A DNA stretch of 64,000 nucleotides from Octopus vulgaris (lineage: Eukaryota). The DNA is taken from positions 64,356,001 to 64,420,000 of the forward strand of contig OX597820.1 in assembly GCA_951406725.2 (NCBI GenBank), written 5' to 3'. How positions within the stretch are numbered: the first letter of the stretch is position 1; every line of letters starts with the position of its first letter. The translations under genes and the position numbers were made by a program. Of the stretch, positions 1 to 13,505 are shown one piece after another. The notes beneath the pieces were generated by a model that saw only the letters and a list, made by a program, of their open reading frames with translations, made no database searches and had not been told where the DNA came from.

Positions 1-979
1 ATAGTATGGTAGCATCATTTGAAAAAGATTTATTCTCTGTTATTTATGTTGTTTATCCGTACATAGAAGCGATTATACGAATTTAAATGCTATTCTTGCC
101 TGATTTTGTTTAGTAGAATTTAAATGCTTTTCTTTTTTTTTATTTTGCATCTGAGGTGAGGGGAAGGGTGATTCGTGAATGAATGATTCATTTCACTATG
201 TGAATTTCAACTATATGTGTACGCTTGTCATGTCTCTCTCTCTCTTTTCTTTCTCCTTCTCTGTGTCTCTTTCACCTCCTCTCTCGATCTTCCCACCCTC
301 TCTCTCTTTCTATTTATCAATCTCTCTGCCTTCTAACCTAGCTAGCTCAAACTGTCTTTTAATCAATGTTTATTATAAATCCAATCGGGAATAGTCAACA
401 ATATAAAAGTCTACGTATAAGTTTGCAGGTCTCGAAGGCGGGACACCAGGGGATACAAAATGGGACTGATGAACTGCCATATTTTGTATAATTAAGGTAC
501 TTTTAACATCTTTTTTAAGAAATCTAAATCCATGGTGAAGGAAGAATGATATTGAGGGTGAAACACATATTCGTTTCGATAGTATAGAGATTAATATGCA
601 AAAGATATCTGTTATTTGAAGGAACTAATATTCTTGAAATCGAAAATCTTGGTCCTTATTTTTCACTCTTTTTCCATCCATATATATATTTAGATATTAT
701 AGTGTTCAAATTTACAGAAAACAAACGATCAAACGATGAAAACAGCTGAGGAAACAACGTGCAGCTTTATTAGTTTGAAGCTTGGAAATATTATTAAAAA
801 AGGCTTTGAGGTTTTGAACCTGCGATCTGTAACAGAGTGTTCGGACTAAATTCCATGATTTTATATATCTCATATCACTAGGAAGAGCTTCATGCGCTGG
901 CGAACAGTCAATTGTATTGGGGAGCTTAAAGATTAATGTTGTAGTTGAGGAAAAGTTTACTAATATGGACGACTAGAGA

Positions 980-1540
980 TTATCTGAATATTAGATAAGT
1001 GTTCACTGTATCATGATGAATTGCGCCAGGTATGAAAATGCCGATATCATGACAGCTACTCAATGTTTTGCGAATACCGTAAAGGCTGTAAAATGTGACA
1101 TGGGTATCTGCAACAGAGACTACAATGCAGTGACGACCAGGATAGAACTCAGCAGGCTTTCTTAATGCGTCCGCACGCCGGATTTCGTCCAACAACTGAT
1201 TAAAAAGGGCTTTGAGCTCTATTAAAACGCTTGGGTGAAGCTGCTGGCCAAGGGGCAATCTCTTGCTGGTCGGAATTGCTGCTGGAAGTCCGTATGTGTG
1301 ACAGCCATATTCATCTCCTTTTCATACCTCCGAAGAGTGACAGAATTAGTTATCGGGAAATTTCTATGGCTTCACCAGCCTAAATTTCGTACCTCCAAAT
1401 TCGCCCCACGTGTGGGGCGCGATACTAACCACTCTGCCTGCTGTAACAAGGCCGAACTGGTGGCCTAGATTTTCTCAGAAAAAAAGTGAAGAACGTATGA
1501 GCCAGGTTTTAGAGCTGTCTTGATGCCGTGAGGTAATCTG
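980..1540 (-). pseudogene. Possible very decayed CRE-clade non-LTR RT fragment
   Basis: GC-richer island. Minus-strand pieces (..SALLQQ.., RP..VG..WR, FGGMKG, VLIEL..FN..IRRADALRK..EFYP) loosely follow the order of CRE RT motifs (ALxKKDGGIRPIAVG, QLGFG..GGCE, KLDFxNAFNSxRRD). Several frameshifts must be assumed. Confidence 0.3.
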
Positions 1541-3239
1541 AGCGCGCCTACTTTGATGAACTATTATCATCTAGTTATAATTTGGTTGGTATTCTTTTTT
1601 CTTTTTCATACTTCTACTTTTGGATGAAATATTGTGCTTTCTTTTATTTTTATGGATACTGTCAAATGTAGCTCAAAAATCCTGTAGGAATCCTTGTTTG
1701 TGTATAGTGCAAAATAACATGAATATATCTACACAAACACACACAAATACAAACACACAGGGCACTGATACTCACAGACATATTCAGATGTTCATTTTTC
1801 TATTGTATATACAATCATATACACTCACACCTATATTGTATCTTGTGAGCGTGAGTATTTTTGTATGGGTGTAATTTACCTGAACATCAACATTTTTGAG
1901 ATAAAGAAAAATAGATGAAAAAGATAAAACATTTCTGACAAAAATAGAATTAACAGAAATATGAAGAAAAACAAATGATGGAAACATTAAATTAAAGAAG
2001 CAGGAATTTTAACGGTTTGTTTGGTGAAATATTTGGTTTCCCCCTAGAATGTGTATTTTTTTCTCATATCATATTGAACATCAGCTGAAATTACAGCTAA
2101 AGGTGAGCGTTTTGAGATAAGTAGTTGTTACTATATGTATCAGTAAATACTAAGGTTTTATCAAGTTTTGCAGGTCTTATGTCTCATGGTAGACATCTTT
2201 TTGAAAATTTGTTTGCTTTTGATGCTTTTGTGTATAATATTATTTAGGTTTCCGTTGTGTAAGTAATATTGCTTATTGACTCTGCTATAAGACTCAGATT
2301 CCCTTATTATATTTTATTTCATTTTAACGGCTCGAAAATTGCTATAAGTTGTTGCACATCTCTTAGCCTTGAGTGCACTGCTTGTTATAGCAGAAACGGC
2401 TGTATCTTAATGGAGAGGATTAATATTATGCTCTGTACTCCTCTGACGCTTTACTCAAAAGCAGTGTTTTCCAAATGATGAGTCGCCAGCAGGGCGTAGG
2501 TGTGCCGCAAACATGGGGAAACTAGTATATAAAATACCCAATACCAATTTGATTCAGCTTTTCAGAATTTGCTTGTTAGCATGTACATACCGGCTGTCGT
2601 TTCCCACTTAATGTTTGGAGGCGAAATTTTAAAGAAACCAAAAAAACAAAAAACAAAAAAAAACTCCAAAAAACAAACAAAAGTAATCTTCATTATATAA
2701 CACTCATTTTCATTGTATTTTATTCAGTGTAAAGGAATTAACATACTGCGAGCGCTATTCTCTTGTCCGAAGTAAATTGAAAATCGATTAAAAATGGTCT
2801 AAGCCATACATGTTTTAGTGAGCGAATAATACGCGTTACTGAGCGTGAACTAATAATTATAAAATCGCATTAAACTCATGCCACACTTGCCCCTTGTTTA
2901 TCAGTCTCGCGGGCTTAGCCTTAAGATCCGGGTCTTCTAATTAAGTGCAACGTTCTATTTCTAATTTTATCGTCCTTAGTGCTGGTGATACTAATTGCAT
3001 GTTTAGTTATCATAACTATAATAAATCAGAATAGTTTTATTCATAAATTGTAATTAAATTACCCATAAACTGGATAAGGTTTTAATTAAGAAAAGAAAAG
3101 TTGCAGAAGATGACGTTTTCCAATGAACAAAATTTAACAGCTACGAAGGAAACCACTCTAACAACTGTTGAACGACCTGCATCGGTGATTGAGTAGGGCA
3201 CAGGAAAAATGTTTAAGCCTCATTTATACTCTCTTTTAT

Positions 3240-3566
3240 ACTCTTTTACTTGTTTCAGTCATTTGACTGAGGTCATGCTGGAGCACCACCTTTAGCTGAG
3301 CAAATCGACCCCAGGAATTATTCTTTGTAAGCCTAGTACTTATTCGATCGGTCTCTTGGCCGAGCCGCTAAGTTACGGGGACGTAAACACACCAGCATCG
3401 ATTGTCAAGCGATGTTGGGGGAACAACCACAGACACACAAACACATACACATATATATATAAACATATATGCGATGGACGTCTTCCAGTTTCCGTCTACA
3501 AAATCCACTCACAAGGCTTTGGTCGGCTCGAGGCTATAATAGAAGACACTTGCCCAAGGTGCCACA
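3240..3566 (-). mobile_element. tRNA-derived SINE family 1 (head-truncated), nested in the hAT element
   Basis: Matches the recurrent gtttcagtcatttgactg..gaagacacttgcccaaggtgccac repeat. Transposase sequence resumes immediately after it. Confidence 0.9.
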
Positions 3567-3569
3567 AAG

Positions 3570-5130
3570 ATCATATAAAACTGGGCTTTATATTTTCTGC
3601 AAATGAAAACAATACTAGTCCCATGTGTTTAGTTTGTGGGAATATACTTGCAAACGAAAGTATGGTACCAAACTAATTAAAGAGTCATTTCAGCACTACG
3701 CATGGAAATTTGTTAACAATATCAGGTTTCAACGTTTACAAAGAGAATGAAGACATCAGACAAAACTTGAGGCAAGTTACTTGGTTTCACAAATAATTGC
3801 CAAAAAGAAGGAACTACTTAGTATTGTTATTAAATAATCTTTCTGTACTGTTGTTCGAACAATGTTTGGACGCGAATTTGAGATTAATAAAAGTTAATAA
3901 AATTGGAGGACGAATTCAAGATATGTCAGATGATATTAGGCTGCAAATGAAGGATATTTTTCAAGATAATAACATGAGTGGGTTAACACATTTGATGTTT
4001 TTTATACGTTTCATTTATGACAGAATTATTGATCGATTCTCGTGTTGTCTAGAACTTCCAAAGAGAACTAGAGGTGAAGACAATTTTCAAACTTTAAAAA
4101 TAATTTGTAATGGTTGACCCTAAGAATATGCACAGAGGGCGCACCCTCAATGGTAAGCTATGAGCAAAAATAAAGAGGATAGAAATATTGTAATTACTTG
4201 ATTTTGCATCGCCAAGCACTAATTGCGCAAACTGTTGGAGATGATTTACGAAGAGTTATAAACGAAGTGGCTCAGATAATCAATTACAACATACGTAGTC
4301 CTCTTAAACCAATATTAGGTGCTCATATCTATGAAGGAATTGGAGCAAACTTCAGGGAACTTCTACTACACACAGAGGTTCGTTGGCTTTCAAAATGTCG
4401 TGTGCTTTGTCGTGTATACGAGTTGAGAGAAATGATGCTTATACTCAACAGAATTAATTCCATGATCTGATTCAAGACGAAATTTGGAACACCAAATTGG
4501 CATAACTTTCGGACATATTTGAACATTTGAATAAAATTAACACAAGTATGCAGGGAAAAACAGAAAATATCTTAACATCAGCTGATAAAATTTGGGTTAT
4601 GACAGACAAGATAATAATTTGGAAACAAAATAAAATAAGCAAATTTTGAAATGGTTTCCAAAACTTGTGAGTGCGAGCTAAAATGTGAGATCAGCCCGTT
4701 TATTATTGACCATTTATCATTGATTAGAGAAATACTCGATTATTATTATCCAAATATTGAAATCTAAAACTATGATTGGATCAGAAATCCATTTCTTGCA
4801 ACTGCAACCGTTGATTTTTCACATATCGAAGAAGTAGCCGAAATCAAGAATGATCAGCGTCTGTTATGAAGAGAGGAACTTACAGAACTTTTGGATTCGT
4901 GTTTCGAAGAAGTATCTAAACCTAGCTTAAAAAAAAACGCTTTACAAATTCTTTTGTAGTTTTCTACTACATATATTTGCGAAGCATCTTTTTCAGCAAT
5001 GCTAAACGTAAAGACATCGAAGCGTGGAAACTTAAAAAGGCCTCATAGTAAAATGCGAGTGTCGTCATCTACCATTCCACCTAATATCCAAAATCTCAGT
5101 TCTTCCCATCGAGCTCTTGAATCTTGTTAA
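3570..5130 (+). pseudogene. hAT Buster-type (ZBED8/SCAND3/FAM200-like) transposase pseudogene
   Basis: Fragments: KLGFI..PMCLVCGNILANESMVPN (BED-type finger), ILHRQAL, LLLHTEVRWLSK, WIRNPF (~4777), FSTTYICEASFSAM (~4960). Many stops and frameshifts. Confidence 0.88.
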
Positions 5131-5718
5131 AATAGTAAGTTATAAAAGTCATTTTTTTATTAATCCTTGCACATATTTACAGATTATTATCGATAAATGA
5201 TAACTCATTTTTCTAGAAAATTAATTTAATTTTGTTTACAAATTATACATTTATAAAATATAAATGAAAGGTTTTCTCAATATGTTCCGCTATTAAAATT
5301 AATTTATGCACCGGTATCTAATAGCCATGGTAAATCATATTAAAATAACTAATGTTCAGTGTGTATAAAACTTAATTGGTGTGTCGCTAAATTATGTATG
5401 TTTAAAGTGTGTCACTAAATTATGTATGTTGAAAAAGTGTGTCGCTAACCGGGAGAGTTTAGAAAACATTACTCTAAAGCATATGTACATTGAGTTCAAA
5501 CAACTGGTGATTAGTATCGCTATGCCTAACCGAAACCATAAATTATATTTATAGGGAAATTTAAATATTATAATTTTAGTTCTTATATATATATGTATAT
5601 AAAGAAGTACATTTGAATATATTAATGTTACGAACGTGTCCTTTATTGATTACAATCTCTACTGTATCGATTAGCTGGGGGTGATATATTTCCTTTATTA
5701 ATAGTAGTTGCGAATTTA

Positions 5719-5893
5719 AGGGGGTGAGCTGGCAGAATCTGTAGCACACCGGGAGAAATGCTTAGCAGTATTTCGTCCGCCATTACATTCTGAGTTCAAA
5801 TTCCGCCGAGGCCAACTTTGCCTTTCATCCTTTAGGGGTCGATAAATTAAGTACCAGTTACGCACTGGGGTGGATGTGATTTACTTAATCCCT
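5719..5893 (+). mobile_element. tRNA-derived SINE family 2 (Meta/MESC-like central domain)
   Basis: A-box-like ctggcagaatc, B-box-like gagttcaaattcc, then gcctttcatcctttaggggtcgataaattaagtaccag. The domain name is from recall, not a search. Confidence 0.8.
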
Positions 5894-5967
5894 TTGTATA
5901 TATGCATATATAAATATATACATATATGTACATACCTACATATATATGTATATATACATGCATATAT

Positions 5968-6565
5968 GGGTACAGGACATAAAAAAAACGTTGAATACAA
6001 TGAGAAACGAGACATGCAACATAAAGATTATTCCCCTTCATCAGTTGTCCCTATTTCATCTACTCCGCGTTTTCGAAAGCAATACAATACGCGACTTCGT
6101 TGAAATAGTCCTTCCCGTAAAGCAAATTAAATAAAATGTAGGATTTTTTGCGGAGGGTGAAAGTGGTAACAAGAACAGGATAGTGAGAACAAGACAGTAA
6201 AAACAAACGGTGAGGGTTGTTAAGCCAAGACAATAGAAAAATTATTATGAATGCTAGGATGACGAGCTATAAGAGGAGAAAGGTATAAGCACGTCATGTC
6301 TTTAGGAAGGAAATGGACGGAAAGATAGATTCCTTTTCGTCACCTGTCAGCAATGAGAGGGTCAAGGAGGAAGAGTGAAAAAGAGGGAATGGTGAAGAGT
6401 AGAGGAGAAGACTAGGGAAGGGTGAAAAAGAAAACCAGAAAAGGATAAAGAACAATAAAGGGAGAGAGAGATAGACAGAGAAGATATAGTAGAGATAGAA
6501 GAGTGCGCATAGTAATTATTACGATAAAACTTACTTGGTAAAAGATGCGTGGCGTTCGGTCATAT
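5968..6565 (-). mobile_element. Non-coding element between TA-rich microsatellites, possible Penelope-like terminal fragment
   Basis: Bounded by microsatellites, purine-rich interior, CTGATGAAG on the minus strand at ~6036-6044. Layout resembles 37130-37925. Confidence 0.35.
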
Positions 6566-6720
6566 AATAATATAAATAATATATAAATATATGCCTATAT
6601 ACATACATATATGTACACATACACATATGTGTATATATATATATATGTATATATATACCTACATATACATATATATATATATTTACATATGTACAGACAT
6701 ATGTATATATATGCATGTAG

Positions 6721-6773
<53 letters not shown>

Positions 6774-7216
6774 GTATATGTTTATAGAAATGTAGGCACT
6801 TAAATACACACATATATATGTACGCCCACATGCCTGCTGAAGCAATTAATTCACAAAGCAATTCCTAATTGAACTAGTCATGACGTTTATTCCCTAATTA
6901 GAAACCAATGAAAGCAGTGGCATCTGTATTATATGCATTGAATGCTCTTTTCTCGGCGTTTAAATCTAACATATATTCATATATTCACCCTCATACACAA
7001 GCTTAAATGGAACCGGCAATTCTGCTATACTTATACAGTATTATAAATATGTTACGTAGGACACACACACATACACACGATAGTATTATGGTATAGAATA
7101 CTTGAATCACTGGAGGTTTAATATCATATGTCTAATTTTCATCTGTCCCTCCCTCTATACACTCATATGTAACGGCATACACATATATACAAACAAACTA
7201 ACACACACATACATAT

Positions 7217-7297
<81 letters not shown>

Positions 7298-7959
7298 CAT
7301 ACATATATATATATATAGATATACATATATATATGCATATATATATATACACGTATACATATATGTTTATGTATATATCTAGCTGTATGTATACACGCAC
7401 ACACGAACACACTCATAGGCACAACTACATACTCGCATACTCGCACTGGCGCACATACATACAAGAACACACGCGCGCACGCACGCACACACTTAATTTT
7501 CATTATTACTCTATTTTTGTTGGAACAATAGCAAAACGTCGAAAATAGTATTTAAAATAATTTATGAACTAAAACTGTGTCACTAGAATTTTGAATAACA
7601 ATTGGATAAACACAACTTGATAATTATTTCACGAATTTCTAAGGAATTGTGTTCTCACCTACATTTTGATTCATCCAACTGGTGGAGCAATATTATGCTG
7701 ACCTCAGAGGAATACTTTTGAGAATATGGCTAATTTCCGTCCGGTGATGGTTCACGTTTAATTATATAAGAACATCATTAAAGAAAAAAATGTAACAACA
7801 AAAACGAAATTGACGTATGTTGTTACGCACGCTGCTTACACGTATATAGTGATGATGATAATTATAAATGTATTTAAGATACGTAATTGTCTTGGTTGGG
7901 TTCCAATAAATTTTTTAGTTGATACGTTCCAATAATTTTTTTTCCCGATGTCGAAAGAA

Positions 7960-8045
7960 TGGAAGGTTCTTATTTCATATACCCCGACAAGGTGAAAGTC
8001 GGCCTCGGCGGAATTTGATTCCAGTACACAGCGAAAATGCTGCAA
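7960..8045 (-). mobile_element. SINE family 2 fragment
   Basis: gaaagtcggcctcggcggaatttga is the reverse complement of the family 2 B-box region. Confidence 0.65.
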
Positions 8046-8046
8046 T

Positions 8047-8680
8047 GGCTGTGTGAGGCAGCTCCTGCCTCAACGGACGCCATGCATACTTCCAAACCAC
8101 ATGGTTCCGGGCTCAGTTCCACTGCGTGGCACCTTTGGTAAGTGTCTTCAACTATAGCATCGGTAGACACAAACTGAAAGGGATCCATCGTATGACCATC
8201 TCTGTCCGGCCATCGCCATGATTGACCGCTAACTACTAAAGCTTTCTTTTTTTTATTCATCTCTGATTATTCTCTCGTGTTCCTTTCTTATGAAGTGCGT
8301 AGGCTGGAAAGGTAAAATACTTTCTCACCTTCCCGAGCGTTAAACTAATACAACTGTTTGTTGTTAGCACACCTTTCTTCTTTTGTTTTTTGTAAATTCC
8401 AACTACATATATATGTATGTGTGGGTGTATGTGTTTGTGTTTGTGTGTGTGTGTGTGTGTGAGTGAGTGTGTGTGTGTCTTTGCCTGCGCTTGTCCCTCC
8501 ACCATCGCTTGACAACCGATGTTGGTGTGTTAAAGTCCCCGTAACTTAGCGGTTCGGCAAAAGTATCCGATAGAATAAGTATTAGGCTTACAAAGAATAA
8601 GTACTGAGAACTATTTGTATGACTAAAAGCACTGCTCCAGCATGGCCGCACTCAAATGACTGACACAAATAAATGACTAA
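8047..8680 (+). mobile_element. SINE family 1 copy split by an insertion (head 8047-8165, 3' half ~8460-8680)
   Basis: Head ggctgtgtg..ccacatggttccgggctcagttccactgcgtggcacc. Tail ..ctccagcatggccgcactcaaatgactga. Unrelated sequence at ~8170-8405 lies between them. Confidence 0.8.
8170..8405 (+). mobile_element. Short non-autonomous element with degenerate hammerhead motif (homologous to 37950-38215)
   Basis: Shares cgccatgat..accgcta and gcgtaggct.gaaa.gtaaaa.act..cttcccgag.gt with the reverse complement of 37950-38215. Confidence 0.65.
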
Positions 8681-8731
8681 ATGACATATGTATATATGTA
8701 TATGTGTGTGTATGTGTGTGTGCCTCTCTCT

Positions 8732-8785
<54 letters not shown>

Positions 8786-9954
8786 GTGTGTGTGTGAGTG
8801 TGGGGGTGTATACAGGTGTCTGCAAAAGTAGGTATACTGTTACTTAATGAGTGAAATGTTCTTTTGCCTCCTGTTTCATTTTTAGGATAAGGATTCTATT
8901 CATATCAAATTGTGTACTTAGCCCACACCTGTACATATACTCCTACACAAACACACACACACACACACACGCGCGTTATAGAAAATTAATTTAGAGCTAT
9001 ATTTTCTCTATAAAATAATAGGTACTTGTTTGATGTCTCCTGTCCCGAGGTGGGAAAAGGGGTGGAGAAAGAGAGAGCGAACAAAAGAGAAATGCAGAGG
9101 GTGAGTAAGAGGTGTAGGATGAATGAATACACTAGGCTTGGTGGCAGGCAGAGAGAACGATAGAGGAAGATTATGGAAGGAGAACGAGGAGAACGAGGAG
9201 GAGGGAAGAAGAAGGAAGGGGAACAGAAGGTGGAGGAGAAATAGGAATAAAATGCGCCGTTGTTTTGGAAAGAGTTACACAAATGAGAATTTTGAGGGTA
9301 ATTAATATTTTCTTTTGAAAATCAGTATTCTTTTCATCAGTTGCATTAGCACCAAAAAGTATCATGAAAGTTAAATTATAATTATCATATTAATTGATAT
9401 ATTAATTGATATATTTCTCATGGTGGCAAAAGTTTATTTCCAAAGATTCTTTTCATAATACGGGTAATATTATACTTTACGATGATACTCAGATAATTAA
9501 AATCACTTCCTGTTTTGTCTTATCCGTATAAAGCCAGTGTCCTTGCAACAAATGCCAGCGTTATTCAAATACGGCGGAAATTTCAAAAACAGAGACAATT
9601 TAAATTTGCAATGCAAATAGAAATTAAGTGTGCCTAAATTTTCTATATTAACATTAATAATAGAATTTAAATATTAATTTACGGAAATGAGTTGCTACTG
9701 TACTTATATTAGAATAAATATTTCACAGTTATCTCGGAAAATATTATTTGTTCATAATGATTAGTCAAGAGCAAAAAAAAAAATGCTGCAAGTATTTAAG
9801 AGCGATAAAGTATAGAGTGTTACATGCATATCAGAAATTGGAAGAGGCACTCTAAAATACAATTATGCCACATATTGAAATACAATATGATATTGGACTG
9901 TATATGTATGTAAGAACAAGTGAACAACTTTTCCTTAATATAATATATATATTT

Positions 9955-10329
9955 TTTTTACTTGTTTCAGTCATTTGACTGCGGCCATGTTGGAGCACCG
10001 CCTTTAGTCGAGCAAATCGACCCCGGGACTTATTCTTTGTAAGCCCAGTACTTATTCTATCGGTCTCTTTTGCCGAACCGCTAGGTGACAGGGACGTAAA
10101 CACACCAGCATCGGTTGTCAAGCAATGCTAGAGGGACAAACACAGACACACACACATATATATATGACAGGCTTCTTTCAGTTTCCGTCTACCAAATCCT
10201 CTCACAGGGCATTGATCGGCCCGTGGCTATAGCAGAAGACACTTGCCCAAGATGCCACGCAGTGGGACTGAACCCGGAACCATGTGGTTGGTAAGCAAAC
10301 TACTTACCACACAGCCACTCCTGCGCCTA
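9955..10329 (-). mobile_element. Full-length SINE family 1 (tRNA head, CORE-like segment, internal CA/TA microsatellite)
   Basis: Minus strand starts aggcgcaggagtggctgtgtggtaag (A box) ..ggttcagtccc (B box), then gcatcttgggcaagtgtctt (CORE-like). 3' stem-loop cagtca/tgactg. Confidence 0.92.
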
Positions 10330-10331
10330 TA

Positions 10332-10543
10332 CGAGGGAATACTGAATAGTTCCTTACTTGAAGGGTATCGCCACAGGCTTGGTCGAAGGCCCACATTCTC
10401 AGTCTTTTTACCGAACTTAGACAAATTGTAGGACCTCTGGAATAGGTGTGTATATCTCAGAGGGGAATATATTGAGTAAATCATAACTAACTGATCCGCC
10501 TGTATTTTTTTATCCTAAGCCATGAACTTTTCAACCACCCACG
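10332..10543. mobile_element. Mariner-derived MITE remnant
   Basis: ta|cgagggaatactgaatagttcc ... gaacttttcaaccacccacg|ca: imperfect mariner-type TIRs with a TA-like target. Confidence 0.5.
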
Positions 10544-10550
10544 CACTTCT

Positions 10551-10675
10551 TGTATGTTCATGTATGTATGTATGTATGTATGTATGTATGTATGTATGTA
10601 TGTATGTATGTATTTATGTATGTAAGTATGTATGTATGTGTGTGTATGTATGTATGTATGTATGTATGTATGTAT
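10551..10675. repeat. (TATG)n microsatellite
   Basis: Visible tetranucleotide repeat. Confidence 0.95.
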
Positions 10676-10975
10676 AGTGATTGCTCACACTTAACAGACG
10701 ATCGACATCACTTTGTACAGTTTCGTTGCCAATGGCAGTTCTTACTTCTAGTCCGCGATATATCAGATGAACGTTCAGGCTTGCTGCAGGTTTGCGTGGT
10801 TAGAAGTATATGTGACACATGAATGATGCAATTTAGTGCACGCTTAGGGCTAGTTGGGTGTGCACACGTGCACAGATAACCAACCTCCCATCGTCAAAGA
10901 GCCTTGAGTTGATTGAATGAGAAAACAGTTCTTCACCCTCAGGATATATCTGTACGGTATTAAATTACATATACC

Positions 10976-11082
<107 letters not shown>

Positions 11083-11483
11083 CAGAGTGTGTATGTATAT
11101 GAGTGCTTTCCAAGAGTATTCGACTGTAATTTTCCATAGAAAACTAATGCCAGATGGGTAAAAATCCTTTGACTGGGACGTGATGCGACCCATCCTGCGC
11201 ATACGTGAAAATTTCGACGCCGGTAGGACGTGACATTTTCTTGCTGTTTCGCCTTGAATATAGACATGTAGTGTGCACTCATCGTAAACACACACATGTA
11301 TATATATATCTATACATACGCATCTATATATATACACATGTGTGTATATATATATGTATATATATACATATATATATGTATGTATGTGTGTGTGTGTGTG
11401 TATGTGTGTGTATATCAAGGTATAAATCATGGTCATATTCTATTATTGTAGTAAATGAGAAACCAGATTGGAAATTTCCCCAA

Positions 11484-11529
11484 GACACCTGATGAAGGCT
11501 GGAGAGTATATCAGCCGAAACGTTGTGTC
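11484..11529 (+). ncRNA. Minimal type I hammerhead ribozyme motif (Penelope-like-element type)
   Basis: gacac-CTGATGA-a-ggctg[gagagtatat]cagcc-GAAAC-GTT-gtgtc. Stem I 5 bp, stem II 5 bp, palindromic AACGTT stem III, GUU cleavage triplet. Confidence 0.75.
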
Positions 11530-13228
11530 AACAACAAAGAAGAAGGACAATATCCGTTAAATGTAAATAATGTAAATAATGTACATAATTCTGAATCTCT
11601 TAAATACAGAACAGTAAATTCAACTTACAGCTGTTTCCGATTATCATTATCGGTTCATTTATTGATCGGTTTACTCAATCAGTTCATTGATCAGTTGAGA
11701 AAAATTGAACGACAAGAAGCGATGAGTTGGAAAAAAGAGAAAGAATAAACGGGGAAGTCAATATTTATATAGATAGATATAGAGAGAGGGGGAGAGTGAG
11801 ATACATAAAGAGATGTGATAATGGAAAACAAGCCATCATTGTGAAAGCCATAAAAATATATGACAATGAAAATAGATTCTTCTTGGTCTTACGGATGTAA
11901 ATGTTCTATATTTTGCATACAAATGCAGAATACACCGTATTTTTACTCCTTCACCTTAGTCGATTCTGTATTTGTGCTCATAAAAATAATTCGGGGAAAT
12001 GGTCGCTTTAATATTATTACGCAGCAAAGAAATTCCCTGTTGTAACCACATATTACCGCCGTACACTTTCCCAGTTAGTGAACGCAAGGAAATACTATAT
12101 TTTCTCAATATACATTTGTAAATGTATGAAGCTATCATGGGTTTCCACTATTGGCTTACATTCGCTAATTTCCACATGACCGATCGCAGAAACGCCATCT
12201 CCAAAGCCACTGTATCCTCAAGTTACAAGTTCCATAATGTCAGCTGGCAAATTATATTTTCTTAAACGTTAAAGATTAAAGGATCAAAAGATTTCGAAAG
12301 TAGGGTTGCAAGGCTCTTCGGCATTGAGGTGTAAATTAAAACCTATTTCACAGAATACATTATAGAATTTAAATCTTTTCATTTATTTGCGACCAGGGAT
12401 CTTTGATTCATAGAAAAACATGTAACAAAGGGGTTATACAACATGTGTGTAGATGTATACATGAAGTTACTTAAAAACGAGGCGTAGAGAAATCGTTAGG
12501 GAATATGCAATGTTAAACATTTGCTACAAATAAATGCAGAGAATATGCATGGATTACATATACATATGTACGTATGTACATGCCTTCATGATTACATACG
12601 TACATGCGTGCGTGTGTACATACAACATGCATACATATATACGTACGTATGCACATACATATAGAAATGCAAAGGCGTACGCATTCCTAAATAACTTATA
12701 CAAATGTGTGTGTGTGTGTGCGCGCGTGCCTTCATGCATCTAATATATATCTTTGTGGATTTGTGGAAAGATTGTTGACATTAAAGCTCGAAAAAAATTG
12801 TCAGCATTCTCTACATCCTCACACACACATGAATGAGAAGAAGCCATCTAGGTTTGATAACGCTCCATACATCTATCCGCTTTCTCCTCCTTGTGTTGGA
12901 GAGAGAACATTCAAATAATGCAGAAACCTTTCACCGTGAAAAGAAGAAAAGAAATCATTTTCGTATTTTTGCATGAAATGTGCTGTGATGTAAGTCCTCT
13001 CTTAGCGGAGTTCCACGAAATGTAACCGTTTGCAGAAAACAAAAACAATGACAATCACAGTTCCATATTTGTTTTAAAAATCGGTGGTACACCTCTCATA
13101 AAATTGTCGGTACAAGGCTGGTGATTTTAATAGACTTGTCATAGAATGTACCATCGGTAGCACTTCACTTTACGAGTGCATTTTTTTTATTAACCCCTTG
13201 AAAAAATAGGATTTATTTATTTATTTAT

Positions 13229-13505
13229 GCGCCCGTTTCAAGCCTAGTCAGGCTCATGGGCCCGGTTTCCCGGCTTCCATGGATCATGTGCCCCCCTCCC
13301 TCAGCTGGACGGGACACCAGTCCATATCTGCGTTACTCAAGAAACAGGAAGAAAGAGTGAGAGAAAGTTAGGGCGAAAGAGTACAACAGGGGTCGCCACC
13401 ACCCCCTACCGGAGCCTCGTGAAGCCCTTTTTAGGTGTTTTCGCTCAATAAACACACAACGCCCGCACTGGGAAATGAAACCGCGATCCTCCTACAGCGA
13501 ATTCA
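13229..13505 (-). mobile_element. SINE family 3 variant
   Basis: Shares tcaggctcat..ggtttc.cgg and ttgctcaa.aaacacacaacg..gaaacc with 52436-52680. (ATTT)n tail at ~13211-13228. Confidence 0.65.

Larger units (their letters stand above)
2462..5471 (+). mobile_element. Decayed hAT (Buster-type) DNA transposon with both ends
   Basis: Left TIR cagtgttttccaaa at 2462. Right TIR agtttagaaaacatta at 5456-5471. 8-bp TSD ctcaaaag (2454-2461) / ctctaaag (5472-5479), NNNTANNN type. Subterminal gtgtgtcgctaa repeats at 5380-5450. Internal transposase motifs. Confidence 0.9.

Noticed and set aside
1402-1419. Hairpin cgccccac-gt-gtggggcg resembling a tRNA-Lys primer-binding site
   Set aside because: Imperfect match and no adjacent LTR. 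It may just be part of a decayed RT.
10255-10329. SINE heads as genuine tRNA genes
   Set aside because: A/B boxes are present, but there is no full cloverleaf and they are always fused to the SINE body.
11240-11292. Minus-strand ACGATGA...GAAAC as another hammerhead
   Set aside because: The core is altered, stems I and II do not pair, and there is no NUH triplet.
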